A stretch of DNA of 64,000 bases. Source: a virus. This document shows, piece by piece, positions 47,950-55,393 of the stretch. Each line of letters begins with the position of its first letter. Position 1 is the stretch's first letter. Under the pieces are notes generated by a model, which had not been told where the DNA came from, made no database searches, and saw only the letters and a program-made list of their open reading frames with translations. The translations under genes and the position numbers were made by a program. The stretch is from the IMG/VR virus record IMGVR_UViG_3300004457_000028, positions 1 to 64,000 of that record; one strand, 5' to 3'.

Positions 47950-48028
47950 ATCTACCCATCTACATACGAGACTTAAACCTACTGAGTGTTCTTCGCAGTC
48001 ATGCGTTTAGGATAGCGTGCTCGTGAAC

Positions 48029-48132
48029 CAGTCCAACTTGTCCGACTAATCCGATGTCTTGTTTAGACTATGTATTGTATGATATTGTATTGTATATTGT
48101 CTTGATAATACAACGGACTACTTAGACAACAC
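48029..48132. repeat. Inverted-repeat/AT-rich element 2 (origin-like)
   Basis: Left arm GTCCAACTTGTCCGA..TCCGATGTCTTGTTTA, TATTG-rich core, right arm ATACAACGGACTACTTAGACAACAC. Confidence 0.65.
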
Positions 48133-48284
48133 TCTACCCTTTCGCTACCGCATCTACACGATAGATGTCTATGCAAACTATGCGTTCTATGCGTATACTA
48201 TAGGGGCGTGCTGAAAAGCATGGCTGAATCAGGGCATCCGAATGACAGGCGAGGGGTATATATCAAGCAGCACTGGTGCTGGCT

Positions 48285-48435
48285 CTCGCTCGGAGTGAAG
48301 GTGATTTATTTTCAACGAGCGAGGTCACTCGTGGGGTTATCCCCAACCGTATGGATGGAAGATGGAACGAACAGGGGCAACGCATCCCCCGCCGAAGGCG
48401 GGGAAGGACTGCGCTTAGCAGTCCCTGCGAAGCAG
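48285..48435. other. Cluster of GC-rich hairpins (ncRNA or ssDNA structure)
   Basis: Stems CTCGCTCG/CGAGCGAG, TGGGG/CCCCA, CCCCGC-CGAA-G-GCGGGG, GGACTGC/GCAGTCC and CTGC-GAA-GCAG. Confidence 0.5.
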
Positions 48436-48463
48436 TCGCTCCGCTGGCGTGCGTAACAAGGCC

Positions 48464-48512
48464 AAAAAGCCAAAAAAAAAGCCCCCCACGCCGCCGAAGC
48501 GGTGTGAGGGGC
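48464..48512 (-). terminator. Hairpin plus oligo-U terminator for the 48569-49405 gene
   Basis: Minus strand GCCCCUCACACCGC-UUCG-GCGGCGUGGGGGGC followed by U9GGCU5. Confidence 0.65.
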
Positions 48513-48568
48513 GGCTACCCAGTGAGTGAGTCACTGGTGGGGGTGCGCTGAGTGGCTCAGTGGCCTAC

Positions 48569-49405
48569 TCAGAGGTTCGCAAGCACTGCGATGGTTGCCT
48601 CAAGGCGAGACATGTTCATCTTCTGTGCCTTGGTCTTGGTCATGCCGAGAGCGACTGCTTGCTTCACGAGGTCGGCCTTGCTGACCTTCGCAGGTGTGGA
48701 CTTGACCGCTGCAACTGGTGCAGGTGCAACTGGTGCAGGTCGGAGTGCAGCAGCAGCATCACGGCCATCCTGTGCAGTTGGTGCATCAGTTGCACCTTGA
48801 CGGACAAAGGCAAGAGCGCTGTCCTTGAGAGCACCCTTGTTGGCTCGTGTGCTCCAGTCAGCACCAACGGTCAGTTGCAGGTAAGCGGAAACAGCCTTGC
48901 GACGAGACACAAGAGGGCGAGGTTGCCCTGCAAGTTCGTGGGTGTCGGCATAGACAACGCCATCAGCGAACCAGTTCGTGCCAGCAGCGACAGCAGCGTT
49001 CAAGCGAGTTGCCTTGCGAGCAATCTTGAGTTCACGGCGGTAAGCGTTGAGCGTCTTGATGACGATGTGCTTGCTCACCTTGTCGTGGGTGGACTTGGCC
49101 TCAAAGAACTTGGCGAGGGCAACCTTGCCCATGCTGGATGGCTCAGGCATGTCCTTGCAGTCCTTGCGAGCAGCGGCAAGGTCAAGCACATCAACGGCGA
49201 AAGCGGTGACTTGAGCACGAGTGTAGGTCAGCGGTGTTGGGCTGAGGTTCATGCCGTCAGCGAGAACGAACATGCAGGTGAAGTCCTTCGTGGACTTGCC
49301 CCGTAGGTAGGTGGCGATGAGTGGCACAACGGCGGTTGCTTGCTCACCCCAAGTAGCAGTGGCGGTCACAGGTCGGGCTGGGGTCGGGTTCATGTTGTTA
49401 GACAT
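48569..49405 (-). CDS. Ala/Lys-rich protein with Pro-Ala linker and C-terminal HeH/Rho-N-like motif
   Basis: Own promoter (copy 12), SD and terminator; 'KADLVKQAVALGM....KMNMSRLEATI'; PAPVA tandem repeat. Confidence 0.65.
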   Translation of the reverse strand: MSNNMNPTPARPVTATATWGEQATAVVPLIATYLRGKSTKDFTCMFVLADGMNLSPTPLTYTRAQVTAFAVDVLDLAAARKDCKDMPEPSSMGKVALAKFFEAKSTHDKVSKHIVIKTLNAYRRELKIARKATRLNAAVAAGTNWFADGVVYADTHELAGQPRPLVSRRKAVSAYLQLTVGADWSTRANKGALKDSALAFVRQGATDAPTAQDGRDAAAALRPAPVAPAPVAAVKSTPAKVSKADLVKQAVALGMTKTKAQKMNMSRLEATIAVLANL

Positions 49406-49436
49406 CTTTCTCTCTCCTTCACGGTGTAGTATAATG

Positions 49437-49453
49437 CCGCTTTATATATCAAC
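49437..49453 (-). promoter_or_regulatory. Viral promoter motif copy 12 (GTTGATATATAAAGCGG)
   Basis: One mismatch to the consensus. Confidence 0.75.
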
Positions 49454-49481
49454 TCCAAGCAGTGATGCGTTCTTGCCACTT

Positions 49482-49996
49482 GTTACGGGGCGTATGCTAC
49501 GGCGCAAGGAGGGTGGCTTAGTTGCCACCCATACGGGTGGGGGTCAAGGGGCGTGGCTTGAGGCTTAACGCTGGACTGAGAGGCGAAGCGTTACGCTGCC
49601 CTACGAATCGGCAGGTGGCGTAACCTAAACGCTGCACTGAGCAGCATAAGGCTTAGCAGTGTAGCGGTCTATAGAAGTTGAAGCCTGAAGCCCCTACTCG
49701 TGGTGCGTGATGCAAGCCCTGCTCGCAGCGCCACGCTGCTACGCAGCGTTGTGCTGCTCCCTTGTTACGGCAAGGCTACTCAGCCGAGCGCCACGCTTGC
49801 GAGGCCAGCAGCAAACAGCGCCGCAGTGCCTTGTTACGCCCCTTAGTTACGCCCCCCTTAGGCGGAGGCATAGTAGTTACGCCCTGTAGTTACGCTTCTT
49901 TGGTCACACGCAGAGTTCCAGCAAAAAAAAATTGAAAATAAAAATTGACCTCGCCGTAGTCCTTTGATTTTCCGCATAATTCATAGAGTAGTTACG
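49482..49996. repeat. GTTACG repeat array at the strand-divergence point
   Basis: GTTACG at 49482, 49590, 49764, 49833, 49846, 49876, 49889 and 49991; inverted copy at 49619; A-tract at 49923-49944. Confidence 0.7.
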
Positions 49997-50009
49997 CATC
50001 AGATGGGAT

Positions 50010-50729
50010 ATGTCGGATGCTTTTTCAGATGCTTTCTCTCTTCTGAAGGCCACTCCTTACAAGAAAAAAGTATTGGCTGATATGCAAGCGGGAAAGCGTG
50101 AACACGCTCAGCGTCGTATGCAAACTGGGCCTACTGAAGACCCTGATGACGAGTTTCAATACGACACCGAAGACGGGTCAAAGAAACCAATTGGTGAAGA
50201 CGAAGACACCGGGTATGACATGCGACCTACCGAAGAGCGCCGCAGAGAAAGCGACAACCCTTTTCATCACGATGCCTTAGACACAGTAGACAAGTCTGCA
50301 TTTGACTTGGCTTTGAAGGCTTTGCAGCCATCGCCTCATCACATGGATGAAGGGCTTGATGAAAAGCAGATGCGTCACTTCGGAAACATGCAGGGAATGA
50401 AGCAACGCTTTAGCGGCAGTCCTTCTTTTGCTCACGGTATGGAAACATTACCACCAGCACCTATGATGCCTCAAAGTAGTGGTCAGCGAAACTCTAACAC
50501 AACGGGAACTTTCCCTCCTAACCCACCGCCACAGCATCCAATGGCTGGTTCTCCGAACACTCAAGAGATGCCGAGAAACATTGAACAGCAAGCAAGACCT
50601 CTTAGCGAATCCAACCCATACGGGAGAATCAAAGAGTCGGAACTACAACGACTCGCTGACGAGTTTGGTATACCATTCGCAAAGGCTTGGACTATGTTAA
50701 ACCCTACTCAAGAAGAAATAAGAGGCTGA
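50010..50729 (+). CDS. Tagged low-complexity protein (AFxxAxxLLK family)
   Basis: N-terminal 'MSDAFSDAFSLLKA'; internal 'SAFDLALKA' and 'PFAKAWTML'. Confidence 0.7.
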   Translation: MSDAFSDAFSLLKATPYKKKVLADMQAGKREHAQRRMQTGPTEDPDDEFQYDTEDGSKKPIGEDEDTGYDMRPTEERRRESDNPFHHDALDTVDKSAFDLALKALQPSPHHMDEGLDEKQMRHFGNMQGMKQRFSGSPSFAHGMETLPPAPMMPQSSGQRNSNTTGTFPPNPPPQHPMAGSPNTQEMPRNIEQQARPLSESNPYGRIKESELQRLADEFGIPFAKAWTMLNPTQEEIRG

Positions 50730-50735
50730 TTTGAT

Positions 50736-52280
50736 GTGTCAGCGTTTGATACTGCGTGGTTTTTGATTAAAGCACCCATGTGGTATGGAGACGATGAAGA
50801 AAAACCACCTGCTAATCCTCGTTATGACATGCTTGAGCACATGTCGTGGGGATTAGACCCAAACTCATGGCAGCAAGCGTGGGAATCCGAAGACGGAAAC
50901 GCTCGTGCTATTGTCAAACCTGACCATAACGAAGGTAACTGGCTTATCTCTCATTACGAAATCAAAGATAATGAGTCTGCACAGGGACATGGTAGAGGAA
51001 CTCAGTATCTTCAAGAATTAAAATCTACACTTAGACCCGACGAAGAGCCTGAGATTCATGAGCACCCTTACGATTTTCATGTGACTCATGTAGAACCATC
51101 AGCCGTAGGATTTTGGGAAAAAATGGTAGACAGAGGCGTAATTGACGGGGCGCACGAAACATCATGGGTGCGAAAAACTCCTGACGGTGATGAGCATTTT
51201 ACCCACCCCTACAACCACGAATCAAAGAAACCATACAAACCTCAAATGATTGCTAAAGATGATAGGACAATGGATGTTTGGAAGCGGCGAGCACGCAATA
51301 TGGGTTTAGGAGATGTCCCATACGATTTCTTAGACAGGGACAGCAGTTCAGTGCAAAACTGGAAAGGAGATAGAGAGGGCAAAATAGGTCACGGTGCTAA
51401 CCGATATGCATTAGTTGGTGACAAAACTGTAGAAAAGATTCCTAACACCTTTGGTAGAGGACAGGACAAATCTTCGTTGGCTATGATAAACGCTCTTGCT
51501 TCACTCGGTTATCCTATTATTCCTGAGACACCAATCGGCACAGACAACCCTCGCTTTTTCCCGACTGAGCAAGCCAAAGTAGACAGGAGTGATAATCTAA
51601 TACCAAATCATCTTGTTGAACCTGATGATATAGATGAGTTTAACAGAATAAAAGGTAAGTTTGACCAAGACCTACTTGACCTTGATTTTGAAGTTGCTCA
51701 AGAATCTCCACTCGGACAGGCGTTAGATGTAGGGGACATTTACGAAAATGAAGACAATGTTGGCTACAAAGATGGTAAACTCATGGCGATTGACCCATAT
51801 ATAGGTCACTTACATGACCTAAACAGGTTTGGACAAGATTTGAGTCAAATGACTGGGCCAATTTCTTCTAAAAATACAATTTATCAAAACAGACAAATGC
51901 CGAGTAGACACTCAAATTACGGTGGCACAGAGCGACGAGAATACAAGAACAATAAATTGTATCAAGGATTTCAAAATGTAGACCCGATGCAGTTTAATTC
52001 TTTTAATCAACTCTATCATGACAAAGAACAATTCAAACCGTGGGATGCTGTTGAAGAAAAACTGTTTAGTGACCCTCAATCATTTGGTCAATACGCTCCT
52101 AATTCTAATCAAATGCAACAATTAACTCAACACATGGATAAAGATAATGCAAACTACAAAAATGTAGGCGCTGCGTTAGATTGGATGAACACCCCTCCTG
52201 AGCAAAAGCGCTTGTTTGAGTTTGGTGATGACACTCACGCACGAAGATACCGTAACATGTTGGCATCTTTGAATTACTGA
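50736..52280 (+). CDS. Tagged protein with GNAT-like and protein-kinase-like domains
   Basis: 'MSAFDTAWFLIKA'; GNAT-like 'QGHGRGTQYL...AVGFWEKM'; kinase-like 'IGHGANRYA..VEK', 'GDIYENEDNVG', 'MAID'. Confidence 0.6.
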   Translation: MSAFDTAWFLIKAPMWYGDDEEKPPANPRYDMLEHMSWGLDPNSWQQAWESEDGNARAIVKPDHNEGNWLISHYEIKDNESAQGHGRGTQYLQELKSTLRPDEEPEIHEHPYDFHVTHVEPSAVGFWEKMVDRGVIDGAHETSWVRKTPDGDEHFTHPYNHESKKPYKPQMIAKDDRTMDVWKRRARNMGLGDVPYDFLDRDSSSVQNWKGDREGKIGHGANRYALVGDKTVEKIPNTFGRGQDKSSLAMINALASLGYPIIPETPIGTDNPRFFPTEQAKVDRSDNLIPNHLVEPDDIDEFNRIKGKFDQDLLDLDFEVAQESPLGQALDVGDIYENEDNVGYKDGKLMAIDPYIGHLHDLNRFGQDLSQMTGPISSKNTIYQNRQMPSRHSNYGGTERREYKNNKLYQGFQNVDPMQFNSFNQLYHDKEQFKPWDAVEEKLFSDPQSFGQYAPNSNQMQQLTQHMDKDNANYKNVGAALDWMNTPPEQKRLFEFGDDTHARRYRNMLASLNY

Positions 52281-52318
52281 CCGCTACTCTTTTATCAAGC
52301 AACATCGTGGGATGAACG

Positions 52319-53206
52319 ATGACCGCTTTCTCCGATGCCTTTTACATCTTGAAAAATGAGCACTTTTTTGATATTGCATACAACGATTTAGTTGAAAAAG
52401 GTAAAGCAGAGGAGTTTATTCAACTTCAACAGCGAAGACAATTTGTTCTTGATAATGAAAACTCACCTGACCCTGCTATGCGTCAAGCGGCTGAAGACGA
52501 ATATCAGAAACTCATGCAAGAAATGAGTGCGAGAAGGGGACAACAACCAATGGGTGGCCCTGAAGGGCCAGTCGGTGAAGGCGCTGCTATGGGCCAAATG
52601 TCTCAACCACCAATGTCTCAAGCCAGTCCATTAGAGAAGGCTTGGGGATTCTTGAAAAAGAATGTAGTTGGTCATCAAGATGGTCAAGAATACAATATGC
52701 CTGACCCTATCTCATCAATGGCTCAACGCCAACAAGTGCCTGAGACGATGACTCAAACTACACAAACACCTGCTCCGGGTATGTTTGGTCGTTTCAAACA
52801 ACCAGTAACTAACACGGCTGAAATCCCAACTGGTCAAATGTCTCTCGGTCAAAGAGAAGGCCCAGTTCAACCAAATGCACCTCACCCAATGGGAGGGACA
52901 AATATAGGACAAGCACCGGGCGCAGAAGTAACTCGTGCTCCACGCCCCGGCCCTTTCAAACCCACCAGCAGTGACCCGATGGGACATGAAGGCCCATCTT
53001 TTCAAACAAGTCTTTCAGGACAAGGCTACTACACTAACGAACAGGGCGAAGCGGTAACTGACAATGTATATGACAGAAAAAACATGTCACGGATGGGGAA
53101 TGACGACTTTGACCTACCCGTTGGGCAAGCGCCAAGATGGATGAGTAGTCAAGATACACCCGATGGTTCGTATGGCGACCAGTTTAACCCAAACCGACAG
53201 TTTTGA
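52319..53206 (+). CDS. Tagged Q/P/G-rich protein
   Basis: 'MTAFSDAFYILKN', 'FFDIAYNDLVEKG', 'PLEKAWGFLKK'. Confidence 0.7.
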   Translation: MTAFSDAFYILKNEHFFDIAYNDLVEKGKAEEFIQLQQRRQFVLDNENSPDPAMRQAAEDEYQKLMQEMSARRGQQPMGGPEGPVGEGAAMGQMSQPPMSQASPLEKAWGFLKKNVVGHQDGQEYNMPDPISSMAQRQQVPETMTQTTQTPAPGMFGRFKQPVTNTAEIPTGQMSLGQREGPVQPNAPHPMGGTNIGQAPGAEVTRAPRPGPFKPTSSDPMGHEGPSFQTSLSGQGYYTNEQGEAVTDNVYDRKNMSRMGNDDFDLPVGQAPRWMSSQDTPDGSYGDQFNPNRQF

Positions 53207-53258
53207 TGTCGCTTCTTAAGCGATATGCTTTTGTTTAGGTATGACTTGGCGTTAGTTA

Positions 53259-54446
53259 ATGCCGAGTGAGAACTATGACTTTGTGCCGTGGGATTCTCCC
53301 GACGACATTGAGAAGTTTGTTCCGGCTCTTTTAGCGGGAGCAAGAGCGTTAGCACCAAAAATAGCAGGTAAACTTGGTGGTATGAAAACAGCAACTGGTG
53401 GTTTTTTACAAGGCGCAAAAAAGAAAATAGGCGATGTCGCCAGTAAAGTTGGTATCAAAGGTGGTGGCGCAGCAACAATTGCTACTGAGGGTGCGGCCAG
53501 TGCTACTAAAACAGCGGCCAGTGCTGCGAATGAAGCAGTAGCGTCTGCTGCCCCTAAACCTGACTTGGGAACAAAGATGCCAACTGCTGAGGTTTCTACT
53601 CCTGAACCACCTGCTGCTGAACCAGCAGTTGAAACTCCTGAACCTACAGAACCAAGTGGGAGTGCTGGTAAGAAGAACGATTACAAAAAAGTCGGTATGC
53701 AATTGGCTCAACAAATGCAAGCAGGTGCTGCTCAAAGAAAACAAGCGCAAGAGCAAAGGGCGGCTGATATGGCTCGCCGTGGTGCATCAGTGCAAACTGG
53801 TGAGGCGATGGATATTGCTTGGCGGTTGTTGAAGCGTGATTTGTCCGAGATGACAGATTATGAAATAGACCGAGCAAGGTTCGCTAATGATAATCCGGAA
53901 CTTCAAAGTGAAGAAAGAACAAGGGCTATGGACAGAATGGCAGAGTTTGCTCGTCAAAATGTCACACCGTTTGATTACGGAGATGAAGTTGAAGAAGCGT
54001 ATGACGATATAGGCGACCAAGACCATTCGGATTATTTCGGTGAAGACATAGACTCTAATGAGTTGTATCAGTATATTTTAGAAAATGCAGGTCAAGAAGC
54101 GGCGCAAAACTATGTTCAACAATACAAAGACGCTCGTGCAAAGTATGGAGGTAATGCCGCAACTATGGGTCAGTTGGATAACTACGGAATAAGTAACCAA
54201 GGTGATGCAAACGACTTCATAGAAAGTCGTGAAAGAATGACAGGTGACATGCGTAACATCATGCCGAATGACGAAACTGTATTTGACGCTTATCCTTATC
54301 CCGAAGGAGTAGTGTATAACAATAAGTTGTCACCTCCGTTTACCACCACTCCTGAAAACGAATCTAATTTTCAAATGAAATATACAGGCGAACCAATGGA
54401 CATCGCCTATCAGTTGTTGAAAAACTGGGAGGGGACTACACAATGA
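53259..54446 (+). CDS. Tagged multi-module protein (Ala/Gly/Lys amphipathic module plus acidic module)
   Basis: 'DDIEK|FVPALLAG', 'GEAMDIAWRLLKR', 'GEPMDIAYQLLKN'. Confidence 0.7.
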   Translation: MPSENYDFVPWDSPDDIEKFVPALLAGARALAPKIAGKLGGMKTATGGFLQGAKKKIGDVASKVGIKGGGAATIATEGAASATKTAASAANEAVASAAPKPDLGTKMPTAEVSTPEPPAAEPAVETPEPTEPSGSAGKKNDYKKVGMQLAQQMQAGAAQRKQAQEQRAADMARRGASVQTGEAMDIAWRLLKRDLSEMTDYEIDRARFANDNPELQSEERTRAMDRMAEFARQNVTPFDYGDEVEEAYDDIGDQDHSDYFGEDIDSNELYQYILENAGQEAAQNYVQQYKDARAKYGGNAATMGQLDNYGISNQGDANDFIESRERMTGDMRNIMPNDETVFDAYPYPEGVVYNNKLSPPFTTTPENESNFQMKYTGEPMDIAYQLLKNWEGTTQ

Positions 54447-54619
54447 CAGCATTTGACAACGCTTGGGATTACCTTGAAAAGAAACTATGCCCGAAAGGTA
54501 AAGCAGCAGCAAAGCGTAAGTTTGATGTTTACCCATCAGCGTATGCAAATGGATATGCTGTGCAAGTTTGTCAAGGTAAAATTGGCGTAGGTAAGAAAAA
54601 GAAGGGGAAAAAGAAATGA
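54443..54619 (+). CDS. 58-aa tagged basic protein (DUF5872-like; not in ORF track)
   Basis: MTAFDNAWDYLEKKLCPKGKAAAKRKFDVYPSAYANGYAVQVCQGK...KKK*; ATGA overlaps at both ends. Confidence 0.75.
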   Translation: MTAFDNAWDYLEKKLCPKGKAAAKRKFDVYPSAYANGYAVQVCQGKIGVGKKKKGKKK

Positions 54620-54927
54620 CACGCTGCACTTGTCATGATGTTCTCATTGTCAAAGACCTGAAAAGGTGGTTTGATGAAAAGTGGGTTGATGTCAGTCGTA
54701 AAGACAAAGACGGTAAACACCCACCATGCGGTAGGAACAAAGCAAAGAAATCCAGTAAGGGTTATCCAAAATGCAGACCAAGTGTAAAGGTCAGCAATAA
54801 AACTCCAAAAACTTCAGGCTCAATGTCAGAAGGACAAAAATCCGCTGCTACAAAACGCAAGCGCTCAAAGAAACAAGGCGTAGGTGGAAAGCCTACTATA
54901 GTCAAAATGGTTGGAGTGATACGATGA
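54616..54927 (+). CDS. Basic phage protein (DUF5872-related 'LKRWFxEKWVD' type)
   Basis: 'LKRWFDEKWVDV...PPCGR...YPKCRP'; highly Lys-rich. Confidence 0.7.
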   Translation: MTRCTCHDVLIVKDLKRWFDEKWVDVSRKDKDGKHPPCGRNKAKKSSKGYPKCRPSVKVSNKTPKTSGSMSEGQKSAATKRKRSKKQGVGGKPTIVKMVGVIR

Positions 54928-55238
54928 CGGCATTTGAGACAGCATGGGATGTTATTGAAAAGGGCAAAAAAAAGTCCAAACCATTCCACGGTTACAATCC
55001 AAACAAGCATAGTAAAAAAGGTGGACTAAATGCCAAAGGTCGTGCTACTGCTAAGCGTGAAACAGGTGCAAACCTCAAACCCCCTGTTACTAAAAAACCA
55101 AGTTCACTCAAACCCGGTAGTAAGTCGGCAAAGCGTCGTAAATCATTTTGTGCTCGTATGAGTGGAATGAAAGGTGCAACTTCTAAAAAGGGCAAACTCA
55201 CTCCTAAAGGTGCATCATTAAAGAGGTGGAACTGTTGA
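54924..55238 (+). CDS. Tagged basic protein (DUF6321-like)
   Basis: 'MTAFETAWDVIEKG'; 'GGLNAKGR...NLKPPV...RRKSFCARM...RWNC'. Confidence 0.75.
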   Translation: MTAFETAWDVIEKGKKKSKPFHGYNPNKHSKKGGLNAKGRATAKRETGANLKPPVTKKPSSLKPGSKSAKRRKSFCARMSGMKGATSKKGKLTPKGASLKRWNC

Positions 55239-55393
55239 AAGATAAATGCTGCTGTGGGGCTACAAAAAGCACTCCTTGTGAGTGTATGAAGAAAGATATT
55301 CAGTGCTCGGCTAAAGCCCCCAAGTGTCCTTGTTACAAACTTTTAGACAAGCAAACTGGGAAAACAAAAGTAGCGGTGAAGAAATATGCCTAA
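55235..55393 (+). CDS. 52-aa Cys/Lys-rich metallothionein-like microprotein (not in ORF track)
   Basis: MKDKCCCGATKSTPCECMKKDIQCSAKAPKCPCYK...; TTG start with GAGGTGG SD; fills the gap between its neighbours. Confidence 0.55.
   Translation: MKDKCCCGATKSTPCECMKKDIQCSAKAPKCPCYKLLDKQTGKTKVAVKKYA

Noticed and set aside
48208-48551. + strand ORFs 48208-48456 and 48276-48551, or a tRNA in the hairpin cluster
   Set aside because: ORFs run across hairpins and an A-tract with atypical composition; no cloverleaf or T-loop consensus was seen.
48560-49306. 248-aa + strand ORF
   Set aside because: Antisense shadow of the GC-rich 48569-49405 gene, which has a promoter, SD and terminator.
15962-49453. 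Repeated 17-mer as a CRISPR or mini-CRISPR array
   Set aside because: Copies are 1-11 kb apart, each directly upstream of an ORF and TATA-containing; there are no regular spacers.
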